Assembly: GCA_964581105.1 (NCBI GenBank)
Contig: CAZOMB010000003.1
Span: 4,421 to 68,420, forward strand
Direction of reading: 5' to 3'
DNA: 64,000 bases
Source of the DNA: Candidatus Micrarchaeota archaeon
GTDB taxonomy: Archaea; Micrarchaeota; Micrarchaeia; Anstonellales; Anstonellaceae
The notes under the pieces were generated by a model, which was not told the DNA's origin, searched no databases, and worked only from the letters and a program-made list of their open reading frames with translations. This document shows, piece by piece, positions 54,732 to 64,000 of the stretch. Position 1 is the stretch's first letter, and the number at the start of each line of letters is the position of its first letter. A program made the position numbers and the translations under genes.

Positions 54732-55307
54732 TTAACCCCTTTCCATGTAACGGGCCCTTTTTTCTATGCTTTGCGCCTGCTTTGCTATTGCTTTGCTCCC
54801 TCCCTTCCTTGCATATGCATTGATGAACCTTTGGCCATAAGCGCCAAGCGCCTTTTTCATTGTTACCAGGTCAGTTGCCTTGTCCTCAAAGCCAAAAGAA
54901 ACATAGCCAAGCCCAAAGTCAATTACAGCCATTCCCTGGGAAGTGAGCATCAAATTTGCAGGTGTATAATCCCCATGTATTATGTCCTGGGAATGAAGCT
55001 TAACAAGTATTGAGGCTGCCTCAGCTATCTCCTTTGCCCTTATTTTCCTTTTTTCAAGTTCCTTGTGCAGCATTTTGCCCGGCAAATATTTCATTATTAT
55101 TGAAAAATCATTTACCTGATAAACAACAGGGCACAATACTTTGGACAGCTTTGCCCTGCAAAGAAGCCTTGCCTCCCTTTTGGTCCTGCCACTCCTTATC
55201 ATTGTGTCAAGCGGCTTTTGCCTGTATTTTTTGCTTATCCTTTGCTTTTCAACTGCAGCAAGGCCAAGCACAGATATTTTCCTGAGCACAGCTTCAGCGC
55301 CTTTCAT
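54732..55307 (-). CDS. bud32: Bud32/PRPK-type atypical kinase (KEOPS subunit)
   Basis: GAEAVL..KKYR..LD..RTKREARLL .. IIHGDYTPANLML .. IDFGLG. The start at MKGAE gives a 4-nt overlap with the upstream gene. Confidence 0.8.
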   Translation of the reverse strand: MKGAEAVLRKISVLGLAAVEKQRISKKYRQKPLDTMIRSGRTKREARLLCRAKLSKVLCPVVYQVNDFSIIMKYLPGKMLHKELEKRKIRAKEIAEAASILVKLHSQDIIHGDYTPANLMLTSQGMAVIDFGLGYVSFGFEDKATDLVTMKKALGAYGQRFINAYARKGGSKAIAKQAQSIEKRARYMERG

Positions 55308-55924
55308 CCTATCCCCACAAAGCCAAGCCCAAGGAATGAGAATGCAAAGCTTGCAAGCCAAACTTTCCAGTCCCAGGCAATCACCTTGCTTCCGTCAAGA
55401 GGGAAGATGGGCAAAAGGTTGAACAGTGCAAGGAACATGTTTGCCATTGCCCCCAGCCTTGCCACTTGCGTGATTATCACACTGCCAGGAAAAGAAATTG
55501 AAATGAACAGGAAAATAAATGACAAAACCCAGTTCATGGCTGGGCCTGCCAAAGAAATAATGCCGTTTTGCCTTCTTGTTATCCCTCTCACTGCATATAT
55601 GTAAACAGCGCCTGGGGCAAGCAGGATAGGTGCCCTCCAGCCAAATATCTGTGGCACTATTGCCAATGCAAGCCCTGCTGCAAGCCCTAATGGCCATGCC
55701 TTAAAGTGCGCCCTTGCCCCATAATTGATTGCAACATACTTGTGCGCAAGCTCATGCAGCACAAACCCGCTCCCTATTGTAATAGTAAATGATGCCATAA
55801 GAAATATGAAAAGCGACGGCTCGATATTCAGCCCTGAGTTCCAGAATGAGAGGGCAAGGGAGATTGCCAGTATTGACACTATCATGTCAAATGCCTCATT
55901 CTTGTCTATTCGCATGCTCACCAT
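55304..55924 (-). CDS. Site-2 protease family (M50) membrane metalloprotease
   Basis: HELAHKY (HExxH) in a TM helix and NLLPIFPLDGS (LDG motif). Confidence 0.75.
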   Translation of the reverse strand: MVSMRIDKNEAFDMIVSILAISLALSFWNSGLNIEPSLFIFLMASFTITIGSGFVLHELAHKYVAINYGARAHFKAWPLGLAAGLALAIVPQIFGWRAPILLAPGAVYIYAVRGITRRQNGIISLAGPAMNWVLSFIFLFISISFPGSVIITQVARLGAMANMFLALFNLLPIFPLDGSKVIAWDWKVWLASFAFSFLGLGFVGIG

Positions 55925-55939
55925 GAAAAAACACCTTGT

Positions 55940-58096
55940 TTAGCGGTACATTGAGTTTGCCTCGCCCTTGGCAAACTTCTTTATTTTCTCAACATATGCC
56001 TTTGTAATTGAAGGCTTTACGCTCCTTAATGACTCTTCAAAGTCCTGCTGCTCTACTTTGTCTGCCTTTTCACCCCTTCTTATTGTAGCCATGCCAGCTT
56101 CCCTGCAAACGTTTTCTATGTCAGCGCCAGTATAGCCTTCAGTCCTTTTTGAAAGCTCTTTTAGGTCAATTCCCTTTGCAAGCGGCATGTTCTTTGTGTG
56201 TATTTTGAATATCTCTGTCCTTGTCTTTTCGTCAGGCGGGGGAATTTCAATTACCCTGTCAAACCTTCCTCCCCTCATTAAGGCAGGGTCAAGTATGTCT
56301 GGCCTGTTTGTCGCTGCAATTACAACCACATTTTTCAGGCCAGTAAGACCATCCATCTCAGTAAGCAAAGTGTCAACAACCCTTTCAGCAACCCTGTTTC
56401 CCTCATTCCCTATTTCCCTGTGCGGGGCAATGGAATCCAACTCATCAATAAATACAACGCATGGGGTTGCCATCCTTGCCTTTCTGAACATTTCGCGCAC
56501 TGCCTTTTCAGATTCTCCAACCCATTTTGAAAGAACTTCTGGCCCTTTTATTGAGATAAAGTTTGCCTCTGTTTCAGTTGCAACAGCTTTTGCAAACAAT
56601 GTCTTTCCTGTGCCAGGAAGACCGACAAGCAAAATTCCTTTTACTGGCCTTATTCCCATTTTTGAGAATACTTCAGGCTTTTTCAAGGGAAGCTCAACAG
56701 CCTCTTTTAGCTCCTGCTTTACCTTTCCTAGGCCTCCGATGTCCTCCCATTTGACATTTGGCCTTTCAACAAACACTTCACGAAGCGCAGAGGGCCGAAT
56801 TTCCCTTAATGCATTCATGAAATCTTCTTTTGTGACCTGCAGGCCGTCAAGTATTTCAGGCGGTATAAACTCCTGCTCAAGGTCTATTTTTGGCAATATT
56901 CTCCTCAAGACTTTCATTGCAGCCTCTTTTGTGAGTGAGGAAATATCTGCGCCAGTATAGCCATGCGTTATTGAGGCAATCCTGTCCAAATCAATGTCTT
57001 TTGAAAGCGGCATGCTCCTTGTGTGAATCTGCAGTATTTCCTTTCTTCCCTTCCTGTCAGGCACTCCAAGCTCAACTTCCCTGTCAAACCTTCCTGGCCT
57101 TCTCAAAGCAGGGTCTATTGAGTTTTCCCTGTTGGTTGCCCCTATAACTATGACCTTTCCCCTTGTCTTCAGGCCATCAAGAAGAGTGAGAAGCTGGGAC
57201 ACCATTCTCCTTTCAACCTCTCCGGTCACTTCCTCCCTTTTTGGGGCAATTGCGTCAATCTCATCCATAAATATTATTGAAGGCGCATTTTCCTCTGCAT
57301 CCTTGAAAAGCTGCCTAAGCTTTTCTTCTGACTCCCCAACAAATTTTGAAACAAGCTCTGGGCCTCCTATATGAACAAAATTGGCGTCACTTTCAGAGGC
57401 AACTGCCTTTGCAAGCAAAGTCTTTCCAGTTCCAGGTGGGCCGTAAATAAGCACTCCTTTTGGGGCCTCTATCCCCAGCCTTTCAAAAAGCTCTGGGTGG
57501 CGCAAAGGAAGCTCAACCATTTCCCTTATCTTCTGTACTTCGTCTTTAAGCCCCCCAATATCCTCATATGAGATTGCCTGCACTTGCACAGTCTCCTTTT
57601 CAGGGGCCTCTTTGAGAACAAGGTCTGTGTTCTCATTTATCATGACTATTCCTGCAGGCTGCACAAGTGCTGCAACAAGGGGAAATGAAGTGCCAAATAC
57701 CCCAATGTATATTGTGTCTCCCCTGTTCAGTGCCCTGCCAATCATCTTCTTTTTCACAAACTGGTCAAACCCTGGTGAATATTTCATTGGCTGTGTAGGG
57801 GCAAGCACTACCTTTTTTGCCTCTTTTAAGGCGGCCTTTTTTACAATGATTTTGTCCCCAAGCGCAACCCCGGTATTTTGGCGCAAATAGCCATCCATCC
57901 TTATGATGCTCAGGCCCTCATCCTGGGGGTGTGCCTGCCAAACAAGGGCTGCTGTGCTTCTTTTTCCCTTTAGCTCAACTATGTCTCCTGTTGACACATC
58001 AAGCTGCTTTCTTGCTTTTGAGTCTATTCTTACCAAGCCCCTGCCAACGTCATTTTGCAGGGCCTCTGCCACTTTTAGGTCTATTGATTTTGCCAT
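55940..58096 (-). CDS. cdc48: Cdc48/VCP-like AAA+ ATPase (two AAA domains)
   Basis: A Cdc48 N-domain and two copies of [12 protein letters not shown] Walker motifs with SRH. Confidence 0.95.
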   Translation of the reverse strand: MAKSIDLKVAEALQNDVGRGLVRIDSKARKQLDVSTGDIVELKGKRSTAALVWQAHPQDEGLSIIRMDGYLRQNTGVALGDKIIVKKAALKEAKKVVLAPTQPMKYSPGFDQFVKKKMIGRALNRGDTIYIGVFGTSFPLVAALVQPAGIVMINENTDLVLKEAPEKETVQVQAISYEDIGGLKDEVQKIREMVELPLRHPELFERLGIEAPKGVLIYGPPGTGKTLLAKAVASESDANFVHIGGPELVSKFVGESEEKLRQLFKDAEENAPSIIFMDEIDAIAPKREEVTGEVERRMVSQLLTLLDGLKTRGKVIVIGATNRENSIDPALRRPGRFDREVELGVPDRKGRKEILQIHTRSMPLSKDIDLDRIASITHGYTGADISSLTKEAAMKVLRRILPKIDLEQEFIPPEILDGLQVTKEDFMNALREIRPSALREVFVERPNVKWEDIGGLGKVKQELKEAVELPLKKPEVFSKMGIRPVKGILLVGLPGTGKTLFAKAVATETEANFISIKGPEVLSKWVGESEKAVREMFRKARMATPCVVFIDELDSIAPHREIGNEGNRVAERVVDTLLTEMDGLTGLKNVVVIAATNRPDILDPALMRGGRFDRVIEIPPPDEKTRTEIFKIHTKNMPLAKGIDLKELSKRTEGYTGADIENVCREAGMATIRRGEKADKVEQQDFEESLRSVKPSITKAYVEKIKKFAKGEANSMYR

Positions 58097-58241
58097 AGGA
58101 TTACCTTGTGCTCCCTTTCCTAAAAATGCCTCAAAAGCTTATAAATGAGCTTGGTTGTGCCCTGATTAACCCCTTATATGTGTAAGAAGGTGGCAAAAGG
58201 TATAAAAACAGTTGCAATAACATAAATTCAAAGGTGGGTAA

Positions 58242-58718
58242 ATGCAAAATTCATTGGTAACAGAATCACAGCTTCAGAAGCTTGAAGAGGGTGGCGACAT
58301 TAAGTCCCTTTTAGAGCTTATTAACAAAAGTGGGATGTTGAAAAAGGTCAATAGCTATCTTCCTGGCGCTGTCTTTTCCGCAATAAATGAAAAGGGTATT
58401 TCCCAGCTCGAGGCTTTTGTTTCGTTTGCTACTCGCAGGAAGCGCATAAGCAGGGACTGTTTTGCAAACATAATTTTCAATCTAAATGGGTTAAGGAAAA
58501 ATCCTGTAAAGAGCATGGCCAGTGTTAATTCCCTTGCATCAGGCTATTATAGTGAGCTCAGAGAATCAACAGTCAATATAGTAGAAGAGCAGATCACTGC
58601 AATAAAACTTAAAAAATATGGAAAAACGCAAGGGGAAAAAGAAATTCCAAGTGCTTTGAGGAGCACTAGCCTTAAGGGGAGCTCATCAAAAACAGTGAAA
58701 AGATTCAACCTAATCTAA
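58242..58718 (+). CDS. Hypothetical protein
   Basis: A 158-aa ORF. Its 3' end and downstream 21 nt (ATCTAAAATTCCTCAAGCTTT) are repeated at the 3' end of the next gene. Confidence 0.4.
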   Translation: MQNSLVTESQLQKLEEGGDIKSLLELINKSGMLKKVNSYLPGAVFSAINEKGISQLEAFVSFATRRKRISRDCFANIIFNLNGLRKNPVKSMASVNSLASGYYSELRESTVNIVEEQITAIKLKKYGKTQGEKEIPSALRSTSLKGSSSKTVKRFNLI

Positions 58719-58817
58719 AATTCCTCAAGCTTTGGACTAAGATTTTCTATCTACACATTATGCTCTAAATAACCACATCCTTTATATGTGTTTTGTTTCA
58801 TATCAGAATAGATATTT

Positions 58818-59333
58818 ATGGAGAAAACACATGATAGCCCACAGGGTCAAGAGTACAAGGCTGAAATAGGTCAAATACTGGACGAGTTAAGGAAAATGTG
58901 GAGGGGGGATGAAGAAGTAAAACTGTCATTGCGAAAAAAGCTAATAGAAGCTGTTGATAAAGCAAAAGAGCAAAGGAATGAAGATGAACTTAAACAGCTT
59001 AAGGGCCTTCCGCCAGCAATTAATAACGACTGCCTTGAAAATATAATTGAAATTCTTGGCCAAACCAAAGAGGGCTTTAGTAATGCATCGACTAAAAATT
59101 CGAAAAGATTATTTGGGCGCAAAGGCTTGTTGGAGCTTTTGGAAAAAAAACGAGATACAGCTATTAGGTTAATCAGAAACAATGAGTCTTTTGATGAAAA
59201 ATTTATTGGATCAGAAACACTGAAGAAAAAAGGCACCACTCCCTGGAGCATGTGGACAAGGAAAAAGAAAGATCCAGCAACAGAACCAATTGATATCACT
59301 CCAGCAAAAACTCCAAGGGCAAGAATCATCTAA
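58818..59333 (+). CDS. Hypothetical protein
   Basis: A 171-aa K/E-rich ORF. Confidence 0.4.
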   Translation: MEKTHDSPQGQEYKAEIGQILDELRKMWRGDEEVKLSLRKKLIEAVDKAKEQRNEDELKQLKGLPPAINNDCLENIIEILGQTKEGFSNASTKNSKRLFGRKGLLELLEKKRDTAIRLIRNNESFDEKFIGSETLKKKGTTPWSMWTRKKKDPATEPIDITPAKTPRARII

Positions 59334-60592
59334 AATTCCTCAAGCTTTTTCTGTCCCATCCCTATTTTTCTCTCATTTTTGCCAAAGATTATTATTTTCC
59401 CAAACTCTCCGTCAAAGCCAGCAACTTTTTTCACCCTTCCCTGCTCAACCCTTGCTATTGCCTCTGCTATTCTGCTGCCTGCTGCCTTTTCCAATTCTTT
59501 TGGCTTTGCATGGAGAACTGCAAACTCATTGCCAAAATGCTTTATCAGGGGAAAGTAAGCTTCAGTCACAGTTTTTGTTGCAGGCTTTTTGCCAAAAGCC
59601 TCCCCAAGTATCTCTTTTAATGGCACCAATGACTCATATGGCACTGCTCCCTTTGGCACAAACCCCTCTTTTCTGTCTGCAAGCTTCTCAACCCTGTTCA
59701 TTACCCCTACAGTGACTGGCTTTTTGCAAACAGGGCATATTCCTTTGTGCTTTTTTGTCTGCTCAGGCGAAAAGCTTATTTTGCAGTTCCTGTGCCCGTC
59801 ATAATGGTATTTTCCCTCTTCTGGGTAAAACTCATAAGTGCAAATGAGCTTTTTCTTTTCCTTATGCTTGATTGCCTCATAAAGCCCATCATAAGTGGGC
59901 CTTTCCAAATTGAAAACATTTGCCTCCCTGCCTATTTTCTCAGGCGAATGCGCATCTGAGTTTGAAATTAATTGCAGCCTGTCCAAAGAAGAAAGCCTCC
60001 AGTTCATCCCTGGGTCGCTGGATAAGCCTGTTTCTATTGCATATATTTTTTTCTCATATTCTCCAAAGCACTCTTTTAGTGAATCAAAGCCAGACTTTGA
60101 GCCTAAAACACCAAACCAGGGCGTCCATGCATGCGCAGGTATTACTAGGTTTTTGTCAGAAATTTCAAGCACAATCTCAGCAATCTCAATGCAGCTCATT
60201 CCTACAATTGGCCTGCCATCAGAGCCAAGGTTGCATTTTTTCCTCACAAGGGCGTCATTTATCTGCTTTGCTGTCTCAATCGACGGGCAAAGGACAACCA
60301 GATGAACCCTTCTTCCTCTTCCCCCTTGCGTATAAATGCAGCTTATTTCAGCTGAAAGCACAAAATTAGTTCCATCATACTGCAAAAACCCAGAGTCAGA
60401 CTCAATTGCCTTTGACTCAATTTCAGAAAGCCAGTCTGGGTGCGTAAAGTCGCCTGTTCCCAAAAGGTCAATTCCCTTTATTTTTGCCCATTTGCTCAAA
60501 GTCTCAAGCTCCATTCCCTTGCTTGTTGCTCTTGAGTACTTTGAGTGCATGTGCAAGTCTGCAACTAGCTTTGCCATTTTCCTCCCGCTCAA
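59330..60592 (-). CDS. PHP-domain metal-dependent phosphoesterase with a C-terminal Zn-ribbon
   Basis: ADLHMHSKYSRAT ... GTGDFTHPDW (PHP His/Asp motifs) and CPVCKKPV. Confidence 0.75.
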   Translation of the reverse strand: MSGRKMAKLVADLHMHSKYSRATSKGMELETLSKWAKIKGIDLLGTGDFTHPDWLSEIESKAIESDSGFLQYDGTNFVLSAEISCIYTQGGRGRRVHLVVLCPSIETAKQINDALVRKKCNLGSDGRPIVGMSCIEIAEIVLEISDKNLVIPAHAWTPWFGVLGSKSGFDSLKECFGEYEKKIYAIETGLSSDPGMNWRLSSLDRLQLISNSDAHSPEKIGREANVFNLERPTYDGLYEAIKHKEKKKLICTYEFYPEEGKYHYDGHRNCKISFSPEQTKKHKGICPVCKKPVTVGVMNRVEKLADRKEGFVPKGAVPYESLVPLKEILGEAFGKKPATKTVTEAYFPLIKHFGNEFAVLHAKPKELEKAAGSRIAEAIARVEQGRVKKVAGFDGEFGKIIIFGKNERKIGMGQKKLEEF

Positions 60593-60637
60593 AATTCGCC
60601 CTTCAAGGTATTAAAACTTGCCTTTAACATATTTGTT

Positions 60638-61726
60638 ATGAACATATTCAGCAAAGGCTCATCTGAAAACAGGATACTAAAAGACGAATCATTGCTTTTG
60701 CCTGATTTTGTGCCGCAAGAGCTTCCAGAAAGGGAAAAAGAGATAAAAGAGCTGGTATTTTGCCTCTCGCCAGCAGCAGAAAACCGCCAGCCAGAGCATG
60801 CATTGTTGTATGGCCCTCCTGGCACAGGCAAAACCTCATGCGCCCGCTATGTGCTAAAGCAGCTGTCTGAATACTCGCAGAGGCCGCTGCCGATTTACAT
60901 AAACTGCTGGGAAAAGCAGACCAGGTTTTCAATTTTCAGCTATTTGGCATTGCAGCTTGGGGAGGCAATGCCAAGAAGGGGATTGGCAGCAGACGAGCTA
61001 TTTTCCCGCATAGTTGAAATAGCAAAAAAAGAGGGAAAAATTCTGATAGTTGTTTTGGATGAGGTGGATAGATTGGAAGCACAGTCTGAAGGAGTGCAAG
61101 TGCTTTATGACCTTTGCAGGGCAGGAGAAGTTCATTCACTAAGGACAGGGGTAGTTGCAATCACAAATGACGAGGAGTTTCACACAAGGCTTGATTCACG
61201 CGTCCGCTCGTCCTTTGTCCAGCACACCCAAAAATTCTCTTCCTATTCGTCAGTGCAGCTAAAGCAAATACTCTCAAGAAGGGCAAAACCAGCCTTTTTC
61301 CCAGATGTACTTGACCAAGAAGTGATTCCCCTTTGCTCTGCAATTGCCCTGAAAAAAGGAGGCGACGCAAGAGTAGGGCTTTCGCTTCTTTTGTCAGCAG
61401 CAAAAGCAGCTGAAAGGCAAAACTCGCAAAAAGTGCTCATAAAGCATATCCGCCAAGTGCAGGGTCAGTCTGTTGAAGCATCAGCAGTAAAAGCACAAAG
61501 AAAGCTTGATGATTTGGATGAGCTTGACAGAATGATAATACAGAATGTTAAAAAAGCAGGCAAAAAAGGCATTGAGTCTGGAAAGCTTTATTCCCTTCTT
61601 TCAAAATTCTCAAAGCAAAGGGCATTGAGAAAAAGGGTGGACAGGCTTGAAAAAACAGGGCTTTTAGCTGCAGATGAAATACAGCTCAAAAAAGGAAGAA
61701 GCAGAATGATTAGGCTGAAAGAGTAG
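60638..61726 (+). CDS. orc1: Orc1/Cdc6 replication initiator
   Basis: [17 protein letters not shown] (Walker A), VVLDEVD (Walker B), and a C-terminal winged helix. Confidence 0.9.
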   Translation: MNIFSKGSSENRILKDESLLLPDFVPQELPEREKEIKELVFCLSPAAENRQPEHALLYGPPGTGKTSCARYVLKQLSEYSQRPLPIYINCWEKQTRFSIFSYLALQLGEAMPRRGLAADELFSRIVEIAKKEGKILIVVLDEVDRLEAQSEGVQVLYDLCRAGEVHSLRTGVVAITNDEEFHTRLDSRVRSSFVQHTQKFSSYSSVQLKQILSRRAKPAFFPDVLDQEVIPLCSAIALKKGGDARVGLSLLLSAAKAAERQNSQKVLIKHIRQVQGQSVEASAVKAQRKLDDLDELDRMIIQNVKKAGKKGIESGKLYSLLSKFSKQRALRKRVDRLEKTGLLAADEIQLKKGRSRMIRLKE

Positions 61727-62927
61727 CTATTGCTTCTTTTATAGAAACCAATTCTTCTTTTCCACTCTTCAAATTGCGCAGAGTAAGCTTGTTCTGTTTC
61801 TTTTCCCTTTCTCCTACTATTGCTGCGAATTTACATGAGCTAGAGGCATAGTCAAGCTGCTTTTTCAAATTCCTTCCATTTAGATCAGTTTGTGCTGCAA
61901 TGCCTTTTTCCCACAGCTTTCCTGCTATTTGCAAAGCATAGGCATAAAATTCTGGCTTTGCGCATGCAACAAATACTCCTGAAGGCTCAAGCTTTTTTCC
62001 CTTCATCAGAACAAGAAGCCTTTCAAGCCCTAATGAAATTCCTGTTGCTGTGTCTTTTTGCCCATAAATAGAAAGAAGCTGGTCATATCTTCCTCCCCCT
62101 CCAACGCTTCCCATCTGCTTCCCAAGGGATATTTCAAATATTGGGCCAGTGTAATAATCTAATCCTCTGACAAGCGAAAAATCAAGCTCAACTTTTATTG
62201 CCTTTGTATAATTTGGCAAAATTGAAAGTATTTCTTCAAGGTCTTTTGCAGCTTCAGGTGAATATGATTTGGCGGTTTTAATGTCTGCTTTTGAAATCTC
62301 TGAAAGCAGCTTTTTTGCATCTTCCTTTTTTGCCCCGAGCTTCACAAGCCCATCAATTGCAGCCTCATTTCCTATTTTTTCCCTTTTGTCAAGTATTCTA
62401 AGCACAGGAGTTTCTTTTCCTGGCAAAAGCCCCTTTGCAATTGCTGAGATTATCCTCCGGTCATTAAGCAGCACTTTTGCGCCTGAAAAGCCAAGAGCAG
62501 AAATTGCCTCGCAGGCACAGGCAATCAATTCAGCCTCTGCCCTCATTGTTGAACAGCCTATTATGTCTGCGTCTGCCTGAAAAAATTCCCTGAATCTTCC
62601 TTTTTGCGGCTCTTCCCTTCTCCAAACAGGGCCTATGCAATAGCGCTTCAATGGCTTTCTAAAAGTATTTGATGAAGCCACCCTTGCAAGAGGCACAGTC
62701 AAATCAAAGCGAAGTGCCAGCTTTCCATCATCTATCCTGTAAAGCTGGCCAGCTATCTCATCCCCGCATTTTTTCTCAAGAACATTAAGCGTTTCAAGGG
62801 CAGGCGAATCCATTGGCACAAAGCCGAATTTTTTGTAAACCTTTTTTATTTTGTCAATTGCCCATTCGCGAAGTTGCATTTCATCTGGCAAAAAGTCGCG
62901 CATTCCCTTTGGAGCACAATAGTCCAT
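61710..62927 (-). CDS. hisS: Histidyl-tRNA synthetase
   Basis: MDYCAPKGMRDFLPDEM N-terminus, class II motifs, and an anticodon-binding C-terminal domain. Confidence 0.9.
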   Translation of the reverse strand: MDYCAPKGMRDFLPDEMQLREWAIDKIKKVYKKFGFVPMDSPALETLNVLEKKCGDEIAGQLYRIDDGKLALRFDLTVPLARVASSNTFRKPLKRYCIGPVWRREEPQKGRFREFFQADADIIGCSTMRAEAELIACACEAISALGFSGAKVLLNDRRIISAIAKGLLPGKETPVLRILDKREKIGNEAAIDGLVKLGAKKEDAKKLLSEISKADIKTAKSYSPEAAKDLEEILSILPNYTKAIKVELDFSLVRGLDYYTGPIFEISLGKQMGSVGGGGRYDQLLSIYGQKDTATGISLGLERLLVLMKGKKLEPSGVFVACAKPEFYAYALQIAGKLWEKGIAAQTDLNGRNLKKQLDYASSSCKFAAIVGEREKKQNKLTLRNLKSGKEELVSIKEAIATLSA

Positions 62928-62931
62928 TTTT

Positions 62932-63264
62932 TCAGCCCTTTATGCTGGAGGTTATCCAATCCTTGAGAGTCTCCTTTGTGGCAGCACCTACCCTGTTTGC
63001 AATTATCTGCCCGTCCTTTATGAGAAGCAGGGTAGGAATGCTTGAAATCTGGTATTTTTCAGAAAGCTTTGGCTGCTCGTCAACATTGACCCTGCCTATT
63101 TTTACCTTTCCATCCATTTCCTGTGAAAGCGCGTCAAGCACAGGGGTGAGCATCCTGCAAGGCCCGCACCATGGAGCCCAAAAGTCAACGAGAGTCACGC
63201 CTGTTTTTGCCTCTTTTTCAAAGTTCTCTTCTGTGAGTGTCACCATGTCAGCCACCTCTTGCAA
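62932..63264 (-). CDS. trxA: Thioredoxin
   Basis: WAPWCGPCRMLTP (CGPC active site). Confidence 0.9.
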   Translation of the reverse strand: MQEVADMVTLTEENFEKEAKTGVTLVDFWAPWCGPCRMLTPVLDALSQEMDGKVKIGRVNVDEQPKLSEKYQISSIPTLLLIKDGQIIANRVGAATKETLKDWITSSIKG

Positions 63265-63295
63265 TTACATTAAAGGCAAACTAATTAAACCCTTT

Positions 63296-63787
63296 TTACT
63301 CTTGGCCAAAGTAGCTCTTGAATTTCGGGGTTGTTGTAATTGCTTTGCTCCTGCCTGATTTTTTCTGTGAAACAAAGCCTTTTTCAGTAAGCTCAGAAAC
63401 GTCCTTGTAAATTGTGCTTCCAAGCCTTTTGCAAAGCTGGGACTTTAGTATTCCCTCATTTTTCGAAATATAGGCAAGTGTTCGAAGGGAATGCTTTGAG
63501 ATTTCTGCAGCCTGGGCAAAGTCTTTCACATAATTTACATACTCTTGGCGTAATCTCATGTAATACTTGCCGCCTTCTTCTGCAACCTCAATTGAGCTTC
63601 CCCCCCTCTCATAAGCATCCTGCACTTCTTTTACCTTTTGCGCAACAAAGCCTGGCGCTGCAACCTTTATCAGCTTGCCAAGCTCGCCCAAAGAAAGGGG
63701 CCTGCTGCTCATGAAAAGCGCAGCCTCTATTATTTTTTCATGCTCTTCTGGACCCATAAAATCACTTTTTCTTCTTCCTCTTCCCAT
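63296..63787 (-). CDS. scpB: Segregation and condensation protein B (ScpB)
   Basis: EAALFMSSRPLSLGELGKLI, SLRTLAYISKNEGILKSQLCKRLG and TTPKFKSYFG are typical ScpB wHTH tandem motifs. Confidence 0.8.
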   Translation of the reverse strand: MGRGRRKSDFMGPEEHEKIIEAALFMSSRPLSLGELGKLIKVAAPGFVAQKVKEVQDAYERGGSSIEVAEEGGKYYMRLRQEYVNYVKDFAQAAEISKHSLRTLAYISKNEGILKSQLCKRLGSTIYKDVSELTEKGFVSQKKSGRSKAITTTPKFKSYFGQE

Positions 63788-64000
63788 TTTCCTCGCGCAC
63801 CCTTATGAATATTTCGCCAAAGAACTTTTCCTGGAATATTGAAAGCTTGCTGTCCTGTACCAGGTGCAGCACTGGCACCAAGGTTCCAATTATCTCCTCA
63901 GCGCCCTTTTTCCTCAAAATGCTTGAAAACGTGGCAAGCCCCTCTGAGTCGCTCTCAGAAACGACCCTTTCATAAACTTCTGCCATCCTCTGCTCTATGT
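63762..64000 (-). CDS. scpA: ScpA (kleisin) C-terminal part; the gene starts beyond the window end
   Basis: C-terminus IIGTLVPVLHLVQDSKLSIFQEKFFGEIFIRV is ScpA-like. The frame stays open to nt 64000. Confidence 0.6.
   Translation of the reverse strand, partial: IEQRMAEVYERVVSESDSEGLATFSSILRKKGAEEIIGTLVPVLHLVQDSKLSIFQEKFFGEIFIRVREENGKRKKKK

Noticed and set aside
56187-57890. ORFs 56187..56960, 57612..57890 and others (+)
   Set aside because: Antisense to cdc48, which has unambiguous double Walker A/B motifs.
60593-60637. Origin of replication (ORB elements) upstream of orc1/cdc6
   Set aside because: The orc1 upstream spacer is only ~45 bp and contains no recognisable ORB or mini-ORB inverted repeats (TCCA.TGGAAA-type). 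The downstream side overlaps hisS. An oriC, if linked to this orc1, is not visible here.
1-64000. CRISPR array
   Set aside because: No series of regularly spaced identical 25-40-nt direct repeats anywhere. The only repeat families are the hairpin terminators, the 52-nt promoter cassette and the 280-bp gene-3' module.

Overview
This 64-kb window reads as a small, gene-dense archaeal genome, probably from a DPANN-like archaeon. The evidence is an archaeal histone, an Sm-like (LSm) protein, a DnaG-type primase, an RFC small subunit, Orc1/Cdc6, Hjc, Pelota, ABCE1, Cdc48, Bud32, ScpA/ScpB, ThyX, intron-containing tRNAs, a C/D-box sRNA and BRE/TATA promoters with short or absent leaders. Housekeeping genes (ileS, eno, hisS, rpiA, trx, trm1, a P-type ATPase, MFS, VIT, Kbl and a Hef-like helicase) are interleaved with accessory surface and membrane islands. 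One island (1-6151) holds a subtilase, paralogous Cys-rich secreted proteins carrying either Sec or class-III (pilin-like) signal peptides, and a 280-bp 3' module duplicated between two genes. A second (6261-10432) holds membrane-anchored proteins that share a duplicated promoter/leader cassette beside a membrane-tethered wHTH regulator. Three AT-rich islands encode lysine/glutamate-rich coiled-coil proteins with glycine-zipper TM segments. A conserved but uncharacterised metallocofactor-like cluster (DUF134, DUF5320, two NifX/NifB-like proteins, a SAM methyltransferase and two MinD-type ATPases with inserted ferredoxin domains) follows tRNA-His. RNA features are a divergent RNase P RNA, tRNA-Val with a D-loop intron, tRNA-Asn with a canonical intron, tRNA-His with an encoded G-1, a textbook C/D-box sRNA and a second roughly 300-nt structured region I cannot assign. 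No CRISPR array, integrase, transposase or reverse transcriptase was seen. All calls rest on motif recognition by eye, and start codons are often uncertain because the ORF track maps GTG/TTG starts to M.
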